A stretch of DNA of 64,000 bases from Eledone cirrhosa. Its lineage: Eukaryota. Of the stretch, positions 39,686 to 61,280 are shown one piece after another. Under the pieces are notes generated by a model, which made no database searches, had not been told where the DNA came from, and saw only the letters and a list, made by a program, of their open reading frames with translations. A program made the translations under genes and the position numbers. The stretch is from assembly GCA_964016885.1 (NCBI GenBank), contig OZ024753.1, positions 6,882,001 through 6,946,000 of the forward strand, in the 5' to 3' direction. The stretch's first letter is position 1; each line of letters starts with the position of its first letter.

Positions 39686-40946
39686 ATTATTATTAAAGGA
39701 CTTGAACATCTGAAACTACTTTGGTTTCCTTAATTGATATTTACTCCGTCACTCCTATGTGGAAAAGGTACGATGACTGCTTGAATTGAATTGCATCAAT
39801 CTTTACCCTAATAATTTAGCTCCAATTAGTTGAGCGCTCTATGATGTAACCGATATGGTGGAGAAGGGAGGAACCAACCATGAGCTACGCCGGAAATTCC
39901 CTCTACCATGGGGATGGAAACCCCTGGGCGGCAACTTGACGGACATAATAGTAACTTTCGGCAGGATAAATATGCGGAAACAAAAAATAAGATAAACCCC
40001 TATTTTCCTGCACCAAATCGCATTTGAACAGCAGCCCCCTCAATTCAATCTATACATGGACAGATGGATAATCATATGGATCATTTTGCATATATATACT
40101 CTGTGTTTTTGCATTTATTCACTATTGGTTCTGTTCTTTTCTTTTGTGTACTTTATGTCTGTTTTTCTTTGGTTTTGTTCCATGTGATGGAAATTATGAC
40201 TGTGTACCAGATTGACTAATGCCTTGAATACTGTAGTTTGCCCTCCGTTCTAATGTACGGCACTGTCGTTCAATATGTGGGTAGAGTAACTGTGACACTA
40301 AAACCCCTCTCAGAACTTCTTACTTAAACATCTCTCTCCATATTATTTACTCACTTCAATCTATATTTTTTTTACTCACCTCAATCCGAATTCTCACTTG
40401 AAAAGTTGTTTAATGTTTTAATTTCTAATTGTTAATTTGTTAATTGTTTAATTTATAATTTCTGATATTTGATTTAGGATTTTAATTTTTATTTACAACT
40501 CTCACTCTTAACTTCCAATGTAAAACCATGATACCTAGAATTAAGTTTATTTTCCCTTATGAGTTGATGGTCAGTCGTACTGTCCACGCTAGGTGAGAGG
40601 TAGTATTATGACCTGTAAAAACTAACACTCTCCCATCCTCTCTGACTTTCGGCTGATAGCCGCAGTCGGGATGGGTAGCAGTAAACTGTGATACAGGCAT
40701 ACGTGGGCCATTGTTTGGCTGAGAGGGTGAACTGACTAAGCGAATTTCGTTGAAATCTGCGGTAGCTAATGGTCAACTTCCTTCGGACATGCGCCTGCGC
40801 AGACCGGTGGGGGTGAATTGGTACTCACAGGGGAACGGATAAAAAAACCCCAAAGCACTTCATCCGTTCCCATGTCGATTCAATTTGGATTGCCTCGGAA
40901 ACATAACCGTATTATGTAACAAGCTGTCTGATGATGTCACGACACA

Positions 40947-41110
40947 GTGGCGTGAATAGGGTTATCGACAACTAGAAACAGCAGTCAAATCCTTTTGATT
41001 ATCTTAATTTTGGATATAGATATATAAATACGGCTCCTTAATTGTAGAGCTAATTCTGTTGAAAGGATTTGACTGCTGTTTCTAGTTGTCGATAACCCTA
41101 TTCACGCCAT
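40947..41110. repeat. Inverted repeat of about 47 bp with an A/T-rich spacer
   Basis: tggcgtgaatagggttatcgacaactagaaacagcagtcaaatccttt matches the reverse complement of 41062-41109. Confidence 0.85.
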
Positions 41111-41429
41111 TGTGACGAAGCTGGTATGATGTGTGTATTTCTAGTAGATAGAGCACGTGTTGCTGGCCAGTCGCTGATTTGAACTTGATGTGTAAACATA
41201 GATCGCTGGACTTATTCCTTGTTGAAAATCCATTCGATTAATTGGTGAAATATATTTCTTTAATGGAATATATACAGGGAAGATTAAGAATATTGTAAGG
41301 TATCTATTTGTGAAGTTCTGGTTAAATTTATTTAGTTACCTACCTAGCTAAGTGAGCTTCTACACTTGTAAAAATTATCTCCTGTGATTATTAATGTTTA
41401 TTTATATGTTAATCAATTTCTAGTTATTA

Positions 41430-46375
<4,946 letters not shown>

Positions 46376-46663
46376 ATGAATCTTTCAATAGTAGTAGCGT
46401 TACATTAACACGACGTACGAAAGTAAACACCATATAGTGTAATATAGGAAAAAATAATAGAAAACACCATTGCTGCACAAGCTGGAATAATAATAAACAT
46501 CTCATAAATAAGCAGAACTTATTTATTTCAAACATTATCAAACATGTCTGCAATAAATATAATCTTTTAGTTAGAACTGTTTGCCTAATGTCCGCTGAAA
46601 TTGCTTTCATATTGTTTTGTATGGACCTGCGTCTGTGCTGTTATGTGTACACTAAAATACGTA

Positions 46664-46723
<60 letters not shown>

Positions 46724-47304
46724 AATATTTATAAATATATTTATATATACATATATATATATATATATAAGTATATGTATAAATATTTATAAATATATTT
46801 ATATATACATATATATAAATATATATATAAACGTATATATAAATATATATATAAACGTATATATGTAAACATATATATATAAATAAATACATATATATAT
46901 ATATTTATTTATATATATATTATATATATAGTTATATATATGTAAACATATATATATGCTTACATATATATATATATATGTTTACATATGTATACGTTTA
47001 TATATATATATATATTTACATATATATACGTTTATATATATATATATATTTACATATATATGGAAATTTGGGACTTGACTCGTTCTTCCTCACTTTTCGT
47101 TGCTTCACCATCTTTGTTTGTTTACACTCTCGTGTCCCCTTTATGTACGTGTCCCAACGACTTTTTTTAGCCTTGGCTCGCACCAACTCAAAGTATATGG
47201 TCTTTAAAGCGATGAAATGCCAATGATGGTTGGAAGATCCCTGATGAAGGACTAACTTTATTCATATGTAACCCATATGCAACCACGCAGCACGTTTATT
47301 CTTA

Positions 47305-50757
<3,453 letters not shown>

Positions 50758-51819
50758 TGTGAGAGAGATAGAGAGAGAGAGAAAGAGAGATATCTGTATG
50801 TGTGTGTGGATTCCTATTAATTTGTTTTTCCACATTGATAGAAACATATTTTCATTTGTCCGTGTTCGTCCGTATGTATATTTTGTAAGCATTCTAATAT
50901 CTTATCGCTTTAGACTGTTTACTGACGGCTATAGATGGTTTTTCTGTGTGCTTATTTCTATATGTATGTCTGTATATATATATATATATATCTATGTGGC
51001 TGTTATACATATTTTTTTTTTCTTCTGTTTATATTAGTGTAAACTCTAAATCAACTCAGAACATAAAATTGACAGCAAAAATCTACATGGAAATTAAATA
51101 GAAATAACAGATGAAAAAGTGTTAAAAAAATTGTTTTTTCGAACATATATTTTGATAATTCTCTGTCTACAGAACTCAGGCAAAAACTATCGACGCTAAA
51201 ATTCATAGGTGATAATTTGGACAAAAACAGGAATAAGAACAATATTATATATTTAATAATTGGTGGACTGCGAGACTGTTCCAGGGATATTTTTTCTGAG
51301 CACATTATTAGAATAAGCTGGATTACTTTGAATAAATCATGAATGGATATTATGTAATTTATGCACTAAATTTTGTAGCTCTTGATTAAACATAAATATT
51401 CTTATATATAATGATTGCTTATTTTAAGATTCACTTCTTTTGAAATTTTCAAATGTCAACTTCCGGTTAGAGACCTTACGCTATACCGCATCACTTATAT
51501 AAACGTTCCTATATTTACATCGTTATATCATAATGCTTATATTTCTGTCGTATATTTTCTCCTTTTTCGTTTTCATAACATTTTACTGTAATGAGGTTTA
51601 TATATAATATCGTCTTTTTTTTTAATGTATCATGGATTACTTTACTGATTACAGAAGAGATTGTAACAGTCTCTCTTTACTTTTTGTGCATATCGTCAAT
51701 GACGATTTTATTTGAGTTATCATATCTACATGCATGTATATTTGCCCATAATATCAATATACACACTACACATGCTAGCAGAAAACTACGGAAGGGTGGT
51801 TTTTTCTGCTAGTGTAATT

Positions 51820-52005
51820 TAATTGTTTCAACTTTTGGCACAAAGCCAGCAAATACCCAGTACATTACTGGTACTTTATTTTATCGACCCCGTAAGGATG
51901 AAAGGCAAAGTTAACCTCGGCGGGATTTGAACTCAGATCGTAAAGCGACGTAACTATGCTGCAAAGCATGGCGTCCGAATCTCTACCGATACTGCCAATT
52001 CACCG
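51820..52005 (-). mobile_element. SINE family 1
   Basis: Full reverse-complement match. Confidence 0.85.
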
Positions 52006-52159
52006 ACCCTAGTGTAATTTAATAATCGACAGAATCATTTAAATTGATTGCATTGATATTAAACAAAATCTTTTAATAATTTTATGACGTATGTTCATAA
52101 AATTATTTGTGAGAGTATTGTGTCCTTCCAATTTAATTGACCTTAAACTTGTTAACAGG

Positions 52160-52312
52160 GCGAAGAATTGGCCGAGTCGTTAGAACGTCGGATGGAATGC
52201 TTGGCAGCATTCGTTCTGGCTCTCTGTTCTCTGAGCTGAAATCCCACAGAGATCAACTTTGCCTTTCATCCATTCGAGTGCCATAAATTAAACACCGGTC
52301 AAGTACTGGGGT
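52160..52312 (+). mobile_element. Diverged SINE related to family 1
   Basis: ggcgaagaattggccgagtcgttagaacgtcgga...aactttgcctttcatcc. Confidence 0.65.
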
Positions 52313-52439
52313 AGATTCTCCCCGTGTATATCTTTATTACTTTCGCTGGAAGAAATCTGGTGTGTTCAGTCCTGGAGAGGAATATCATCCACCAGGAATA
52401 GAATACACTAGAAACGCCGTATGTCACTACTGCGCCCCT

Positions 52440-52690
52440 ACGACTGCATCAGAAATGACTGGACCATGTACACATGCAAGCAATAGCGTTTTCAAGGATG
52501 GTTAAAGAACATTAATCCAGTCTCTTTTTTTGGAACGCTTCAAATGGCATGTTTGCTGGGACCAGCAAGAAACCTCCGATACGTCCTGAATATCTGAGGC
52601 GGCAGGTAGCATCTTGATGTTCATTTGAACAAACGTTCCAGTTAAACAACATCAATGACTGATAATAATAATCAAGATAATAATAATAAT
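52440..52690 (+). pseudogene. 3' end of an R4/Dong-like (RLE-type) non-LTR element
   Basis: 52538-52597 translates to LQMACLLGPARNLRYVLNI*, matching the recalled LQK..LLGTARILR.VL terminus; short UTR followed by (TAA)n. Confidence 0.6.
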
Positions 52691-52880
52691 TTTTCTACTT
52701 TTGGCACAAGGGCAGCAATTATCCCAGTACATTAATGGTACTTTATTTTATCGACACCGTAAGGTTGAAAGGCAAAGTTAATTTCGACGGGATTTGAACT
52801 CAGAACCTAAAGAGCCATAACTCTATGCTGCAAAGCATGTTGCCCGATCCTCTACCGATCGTGCCAATCCACCGCCCTTA
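52685..52880 (-). mobile_element. SINE family 1 inserted in (TAA)n
   Basis: Reverse-complement match; taataat on both sides. Confidence 0.85.
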
Positions 52881-52929
52881 ATAGTAATAATAATAATAAT
52901 GAAAACAACAACAGTAAAAATACTAATAA

Positions 52930-54050
52930 AAATAAATAAGAGAAGGATGTACGCAATAGAAACTATTAAGACAAAAATGTTCAATATGACAACGATTTAA
53001 CGGTGAAATTATTCAAGAACCTAATAGCGGTAGAGATTCTTCATGTGGATCGCAGAATGTTTAGTGAAAGCCCATGGGAATATCAATGTCATCAAGATTA
53101 ATAGAACGTTTCTCTACAGAAATCAGTAGTCACAAAGGAATGTGGTTACTTCCTCAGAAGCGCATATATACGATTATCTAATTCCAAACGAATAAGAAAA
53201 AAAAAAAAAAAGATTAAATGTACATTGAAAGAAAAGAAGTAGAAGAAAATATTCTTCAAACCTTAATGAAATCCATAAACAGAAGACACAAACTATGTAA
53301 TAAAAACGATAACAATACCAATGAAATCTAACATAACAAAGGGAGAAATTCCGAAATCAAAGAACGTCTAAATCATGAGATCCACGCTAACATTGCAAAT
53401 AATCCGTCATTATGAAAAACGACAACGATTCTTTGAACAGAGTAAACATTTCGACCCGAATCATTATTGATTTTAGCAAGAACTAGGGAAACGCATACGA
53501 GAAATCAATGCATTGCCAACAACAAGTGAAATAGGAGAAATATTGTTAGGATTGTGGAAAGCGAAAAAGGTCGCTACGGACGTGAATGTGAAAAATAGCT
53601 AAAATTACAAACGTAAGTAGCTATAAAAATCACAAAAGGCACTTATAGGCTACATACAAAGAAGAACTTGCAAAACTATGTATTCAAAACGCTAAAAATA
53701 ACACACGCACGGCCAAGCTGGAATAATAATGTCTTGACCTTCAGCATTAAAATAACAATAACGCCCCATATACTAAAGACCCACAGCCTATCTGTCTACA
53801 GTATTCAAAACTTTTACTGCTATAACATTGCGAGAAAATATAAATGTTCATTGATAAACAAAAAGCATCCGTTCCACGTGAAGAGAAGTGGTTTCAAATG
53901 TGGGGTACTTTACGATAAATTACTTGTCAATTCGTTCATAACCGGTGATTGTAGATGTAAGAATTATTTGATTGATTGATCCCCAGAGAAGGTTAGAGAA
54001 TATATACCACTTCTCATGACATTTGGGAAAATGTAGCTAAGAGTAAGGAG
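52930..54050 (+). pseudogene. Heavily decayed R4/Dong-like ORF region
   Basis: Fragmented translations EIKERLNHEIHAN, IRHYEKRQRFFEQSKHF, F*QELGKRIREINALPTTSEIGEILLGLWK and GVLYDKLLVNSFI resemble the pre-RT and early RT motifs; many stops and frameshifts. Confidence 0.5.
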
Positions 54051-54109
54051 GCTTTAACAACAAACAGTTACATAAAATAGATGATAGTGAATAGAAGAAT
54101 ACTCCTCTA

Positions 54110-54925
54110 ATAATCGTTTCTACTTTTGGCACAAGGCCAGCAAATACTCAATGCATTAATGGTACTTTATTTACTTTATTTTATCGAACCCATAAGGATG
54201 AAAGGCAAAGTTAACCTCGACAGAATTTGAACTCAGACCGTAAAGAGACATAACGATGCTGGAAAGCATGGCGTCCGACACTCTACCGATACTGCCAATC
54301 CACCGCCCTTTATCCTCTAATAATTGTTTCTACTGTTGGCACAAGGCCAGCAATTATCCAGTCTATTATTCGTACTTTATTTTATCGACCCCGTAAGGAT
54401 GAAAGGCAAAGTTAACCTCTGCGGGATTTGAACTCAGATCGTAAAGGGACGTAACTACGCTGGAAAGCATGGCGTCCGACCCTCTACCACTACTGCCAAT
54501 TCAATCCTCTAATAATTGTTTCTACTTTAGGCATAAGGCCAGCAATTATCCCAGTGTATTACTGGTACTTTTATTTTATCGACCCCGTAAGGATGAAAGG
54601 CAAAGTCAACCTCGGCGAGATTTGAACTCACACCGTAAAGGGACGTAACTATGCTAGAAAGCATGGCGTCCGACCCTCTACCGATACTGCCAATCCACCG
54701 CCTTTTATCTTCTAATAATGATGGTTTCTTATATAGGCACAAGGCCAGCAATTTGGGGGCAGGGAAAGTCGATTAAATCGACCCCAGTACGTTACTGGTG
54801 CTTTATTTTATCAACCCCGTAGGCAGAATTAACTTCGGTGGGATTTCAACTCAGAACGTAAAGGGCCATAACTATGCTGCAAAGCAGGGCGTCTGACGCT
54901 CTACCGATACTGCCAATCCACCGCA
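54110..54925 (-). mobile_element. Four head-to-tail SINE family 1 copies
   Basis: Units start near 54110, 54318, 54509 and 54715, each preceded by tc.tctaataat. Confidence 0.9.
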
Positions 54926-55209
54926 TAATGGAAATGAAAACACCGACAACAAAAATACTAATTAAAATATTATAAACTATGAACATTCGTCAGGGTCTTT
55001 GTTTCCCTATAGCTTTTCTAGCTAGGGTTTACAGTTATAAGGAACCTGCTACACAAGAATGAACTCGGATGCAAGCTAATAATGTTTAGTCATGGAGGTA
55101 TCGGCGTTAATTTTCAGAGACACCGAAATTGGTTAAGTATTTTGAAACCGTAGACATGATCCGAATGTTTGCATTAAAGTGATTTCTTAAATATAATGAT
55201 GTATTAACA

Positions 55210-55460
55210 ACTGTGGCCAATGCACAGCGAGCCGGAGGTAATACGGCAGAGCATCCTATTCGAAGTCTTAATGACTGTGGCCAGGGCGCAGAAAGCTGGA
55301 AGTAATACCGCAGAGCATCCTATTTGAAGTCTTAATGACTGTGGCCAAGGCACAGCGATCCGGAATAAATACCGCAGAGAATCCTGTTCGAAGTCTAAAC
55401 AAATGTACCCAAAGCCCAAAGAGCTGGAATTAATACCGCAGAGCATCTGCTTCGAATTAT
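55210..55460. repeat. 64-bp tandem repeat, about 4 diverged copies
   Basis: actgtggcca at 55210, 55274 and 55338; taatac.gcagag.atc recurs four times. Confidence 0.85.
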
Positions 55461-55606
55461 TAAGGTATTCACCAATTCGACACCTCAAACATGTATTATA
55501 CTGCGTGCTGAAAATGTATAACGAAATGAATACATAAACATACGAGTATATCAAAGAGAGGACGGAACATAGCCTTGTAGTTAAGTGATATGCTTCACAG
55601 CAATTA

Positions 55607-55774
55607 CCGTATTTCCCGGCGCCGAAGACGCTTCGTAGTCGAGGACGTACCCTAATTTTAACAACCAAAAATTTGGAAAAAATAATAGAGAACATTCGGC
55701 TTCCAGGAGGCATGGTAGATTTTTTTAGACTTATTTTAGGAAAAAAGTAATGTTTTCGACGCTGAGAGATACGG
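55607..55774. mobile_element. 168-bp Tc2-type MITE
   Basis: TA-ccgtatttcccggcg...cgctgagagatacgg-TA; reverse homolog of 22018-22185. Confidence 0.8.
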
Positions 55775-55811
55775 TAAGTTCTATTTTCGAGCCAAAATGC
55801 TTAGCTTCTCG

Positions 55812-55895
55812 GACAAGTGTCAGTTATCTTAGACAAGTGTCAGTTATCTTAGACAAGTGTCAGTTATCTTAGACAAGTGTCAGTTATCTTAGACA
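55812..55895. repeat. 20-bp tandem repeat, 4 copies (gacaagtgtcagttatctta)
   Basis: Direct reading. Confidence 0.95.
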
Positions 55896-56549
55896 CGAGT
55901 GGACCTCTCCCGGCTGAGAAAAATTAGATAGATGGATGGAAACCTGTTTCAAATCTCGTTGGATGGATTGTTCCTGTAACCTAAAGTGGAAATATTTTGA
56001 TACAATGTGACAGGCTTCCTATCCCTGAGAATAATTTATAGTAATAGTTACACGTGTTTGTGGGATGTTCAGACATTTATATGTTAATTTCCTCAGCAGA
56101 CTGTTGAGATGATGGTAGAATTGGAACATATATCATTGTTACATATATAGGGATATCAATATTCAAAATGAATTTCTCAGACTAACAAATCTTTCAGAAA
56201 TATCAAATTTATACGAACATATTCTCACACATTCAGACGCATTAAATATATATGATAAACAATAAGAGTATATTTATATATTCTCCATAATACATATGTA
56301 TACATAAAAATTGCCAAATAAATAAGAAGAGAGCTCAAAAACTGAGAAAAATAAAACTAAACGGTTTCCGTCAAGATATCACGTTGATGCAGATAAAAAT
56401 ATACTCGTACATAAAAAATCATATTTTACTCGTTAGAACCATCCGTCTTTTGACATGACGGGAAATTTTGATGAGGCTTAACACAATCTTGCATAATTTA
56501 TATCTTGTGAGTTGTACATATATATATATATATATAAATATATATAAAT

Positions 56550-56580
<31 letters not shown>

Positions 56581-56583
56581 CAT

Positions 56584-56642
<59 letters not shown>

Positions 56643-56817
56643 TAAATATATATATATAGAGAGAGAGATATTATATACTTATCTGCGTGTTTGTGAAACC
56701 ACACACACACACAATCTATTTTCAAGAAAACAGATCTCCATCAGAAAATGTCTAAACAATCTGTAAGATATGATTTTCTCTCCCTCCTCCCACTCTCTCT
56801 CTCTCTACACACACACA

Positions 56818-56874
<57 letters not shown>

Positions 56875-57255
56875 TATATATGTCTGTATGTAAAAGGTAA
56901 ACAGAAATAACAGCGCAATCGGTACAATATATGGAAGGAATATATTAGGTTAACGCTTGAAATAGCAGGAAGAGGTTCTTAAGGTTTCGGATACAGTTCC
57001 TTCATCGGAAGAGAGAATGAGAAATTAGAAAGAATAAAGAGACGGGTGGGACGGAATTGGAAAAAAATATTCTTGGGCCATTGATGTTGCCATCTCTTGG
57101 AATATATATATATGACAAGTAAGTATGTTTTGAAACAGTGAGCAGGTTTGAAATTAGAAAATAGAATAGCTTTCACCGTATTTTTGACTAAAGAAATTTT
57201 AGCCTCATAATGGGGTTTAGAACCCTCAGATAAATGGAAAAAGATGAGTATTGAC

Positions 57256-57325
<70 letters not shown>

Positions 57326-57343
57326 TGAAGTTTCCGTTGAAAG

Positions 57344-57419
57344 ATTACCTTGTCTGACGAACGAATGCGGACGTTTCTTGTATTCGTCTTATTCGGGAAA
57401 CCTCTGGTAATGAGGTAAT
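57344..57419 (+). ncRNA. Type I hammerhead ribozyme, best-formed in the window
   Basis: attaccttgt-CTGACGA-a-cgaat-gc-ggacg...cgtct-t-attcg-g-GAAA-cc-tct-gg-TA-atgaggtaat: 10-bp stem I, two-part stem II, 3-bp stem III, GUA site. Confidence 0.8.
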
Positions 57420-57441
57420 TATATTGTATTGTTTATCATAC

Positions 57442-57497
<56 letters not shown>

Positions 57498-57831
57498 AGA
57501 GTATTGAAGTTTGCTTGAAGCATTGTGGAATAATAAGTAAATATCTTTAAGTCGTTTGGAAGCCTCGACAATGCAAATGGGTAAATCTCCGGGTAACAAG
57601 ATCCGGTGATGGAGAGAGAGATGTAAGTGGTGTACGTTGAGATGCGTGGTGTGTATAAGATGTGTAGAAGAATGAAAGAAAGAGTATAAAGGATAAAATT
57701 AAAATAACAACACGAGAGAGAGAGTTACCTTGGGAGAGATTTAATAGCCCTATATATTTCGGATTCACATCCATCAACTGGGTTTTTTTTCTGAGGTGGG
57801 GGAAAGGTTGTATGTCGGACAGGTGCGAAAC

Positions 57832-57896
57832 GCGTCCTCCGCTGTTTGTTGTTTTGAATATTTGAGATATTCAAAACAACAAACAGCGGAGGACGC
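57832..57896. repeat. Perfect 30-bp-arm hairpin starting at a GAAA-cgcg-TC motif
   Basis: gcgtcctccgctgtttgttgttttgaatat-ttgag-atattcaaaacaacaaacagcggaggacgc. Confidence 0.9.
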
Positions 57897-57898
57897 TG

Positions 57899-57953
<55 letters not shown>

Positions 57954-58287
57954 TGAAAGAGTGAAGAATAACATGGTCAACAGTACAAAAAAGGGTACTA
58001 TTTACAGTCTGACAATTGTTTCACTGATTAAGTTGTCTAAAAATTGCTGAACACTTGGAGCTGTGAAACTCAATTTTGAATACGTTGTTAGCTTAACCTG
58101 ATCATCAGAGAAACTGATGATTTGGTTAAGTGAGAGAATATGCTCCGAAATCATTAATCGTGTCCGTCGAATCTGCGGATCCAGAATCAGACAGATCCAC
58201 ATAATGATCGTGTCTCGAGCTGTCCGCTGGCGAAACAATTGTAACACACAATAAATTGAGTTCAGATGCATCACTGATTTTTCCTTT

Positions 58288-58337
<50 letters not shown>

Positions 58338-58769
58338 CAGCTAAATGTAAGATTACATAAATGTACGCGTCAGTGTGTGTTCGCACATGCACATGTAGAC
58401 ATGTGTGCGTATAATAAAACGCATCATGTAATCCAAACATATTTTATTTATGTTGACCAAGATCGGTAATAGAATGTGGAACAGGTGTCCAATCAAATCT
58501 AAGTTTCATTAAATGTGACAGTCGATTCTCGTTCGTTTGTACGTCTGCGTAACAATATACATATAAGATCAAAGCAACGAATGACGTGAACACGCCAGTT
58601 ATCGCGTGGTTTCATGTCCAGCAACACCGACACCAACCCCCTCCCCCCAAATTTCATTTCTAGTCTCCATTGAGTGTCAGGCAATCAATACTTGCACGAA
58701 GAGACACCGTCACCAATCTTTAGCAGTTTCGTATTACGATACCTCATAACTTACAAATACTGGAGCCAT

Positions 58770-59047
58770 TACTACTACTACTACTACATCTACCGCCACT
58801 GCTACTAATACTACTACCACCAGCACTACTACTAATACTACTACCACCAGCACTGCTACTAATACTACTACCACCACTACCACCACTAATAATATTGCTA
58901 CCACCACCACCACCACTATACCACTTCCCCTACTATTACTACCACTACTATCCTACTAGCCTACTACTACTACCACCAACTACTACTATTATCCCACTAC
59001 TGCCGCTTCAGCCACCACCACCACCACAACAACAACCACTACTACTA
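58770..59047. repeat. (ACT/ACC)n low-complexity tract
   Basis: Direct reading. Confidence 0.9.
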
Positions 59048-59792
59048 TGATGCTCTATATTTGGAAAGATACCGTCGAAGTTTGCAAATATAATTTGTCT
59101 GCAGTCAGCAAGAATCGTAAACGAGAAGTAAACGGAATGTTTAGTTCAAATCCGAGAAACAGACAACCCACAAAACTCCATCAAACGTTTTACACGACAA
59201 ATGAGACTATATTTCATAGCCTCGGGCCTGTCGAGTCGCAGCCCTTGAAATGCTTGTTTTGTAGTAAAATACAAACGAGATATTCTAAACACATGCCCAT
59301 AGTATAGGGCATGTGGTTAGAAACCAACGGGTAGAAAACCCAGGGTTAGACACCGAGCAAGGTGGTTAGATAACATCCATTAGCTTGGCTAGTCACGCTT
59401 GGGGATCCAGCCAGATCAGTTGGAAACGGTTTCTTCTGACAGGACCCGCTGGAGGGAGTGTTTGAGGGTTGTGTCACCACGACCCTCTCATGAATAAGTG
59501 GGCAAAGAAGAAGTAGTGGAGTAAACGAACTTAAGTTTCCAAATTATATAGGTTTGAGTGATTCTGGTAGTGATGGGGATGTTATGCCCCACACCAGATG
59601 CGGTGCTCGGCCAGCATCCACGAAAAGACAATATTCGGACGCTTTGCACGAAGCACCCAATAAGAAAATATCGATAAATGGGTAAGTTACACCTTAGAGT
59701 AATAAACATACGTTAAGTGGTGTGACAAATTGTGAACTGTGGGTAAGAGGACAAAGACACAGAAGCCACCACAACGACGTAAATACAATTAG

Positions 59793-59839
<47 letters not shown>

Positions 59840-60115
59840 CCACCCACACATGTGAAGCGGTGTATTTATATATATATTGGATCATCAAGTATGAAATTTG
59901 TAGAAGAAAAACATGACCTTATGTCTCGCAACAAATTTCAAAGTTGACGGTCCAATATATATATATAGGAACGAGTAGGACCCCGACGGCTGAGCTCAAG
60001 CCGTTTCGACGGCTTGAGCTCAGCCGTCGGGGTCCTACTCGTTCCTATTACCCACTCTACTACCTTAAGTATTGAGTACTTGTGGTGCGTTATGGTCCAC
60101 CTGGTTCCTTCGTTA

Positions 60116-60117
<2 letters not shown>

Positions 60118-60178
<61 letters not shown>

Positions 60179-60671
60179 ATATGTATATATATATATGTAT
60201 ATGTATATGTATATATATATATGTATATATATATATGTATATATATATATGTATATATATATATGTATATGTATATATGTATATGTATATATGTATATAT
60301 ATATATGTATATATATATATGTATATATATATATGTATATATATATATGTATATATATATATGTATATATATATATGTATATATATATATGTATATATGT
60401 ATATGTATATATGTATATGCATATATATATATGTATATATATATATGTATATATATATATGTATATATATATATGTATATATATATATGTATATATATAT
60501 GTATGTATATATATGTATATATATATATGTATGTATATATATATGTATATATGTATATATATGTATATATATATGTATGTATATATATGTATATATATAT
60601 ATGTATGTATATATATATGTATATATATATATGTATATATATGTATATATATATATGTATATATATATGTG

Positions 60672-60705
<34 letters not shown>

Positions 60706-60711
60706 TATATG

Positions 60712-60745
<34 letters not shown>

Positions 60746-61073
60746 TGTATGTATATATATGTATATATATATACGCATATAAATATATGTATATATATAT
60801 ATATATGCATATAAATATATGTATATATATATATATATATGCATATAAATATATGTATATATATATATATATGCATATAAATATATGTATATATATATAT
60901 ATATGCATATAAATATATGTATATATATATATATATGCATATAAATATGCATATATATATATATATATATGCATATAAATATGCATATAAATATAGGTAC
61001 ATACATATATATATGCATATATATATATATATAAGCATATATATATGCATATATATATATATATAAGCATATA

Positions 61074-61107
<34 letters not shown>

Positions 61108-61280
61108 CATATATATACATACATATACATACATACATATATATATACATACATATATATATATATACATACATATATATATATACATACATATATATAT
61201 ATACATACATATATATATATACATACATATATATATATACATACATATATATATATACATACATATATATATACATACAT
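60118..61280. repeat. Interrupted (TA)n tract
   Basis: Direct reading. Confidence 0.95.

Noticed and set aside
40555-40700. HDV-like ribozyme around ctg-tccacgc-tag
   Set aside because: A P3/L3-like piece exists, but P1 and P2 could not be placed in the required order.
47236-47275. Isolated CTGATGA (also CTGAAGA at 405-411)
   Set aside because: No properly placed downstream GAAA or stem I.
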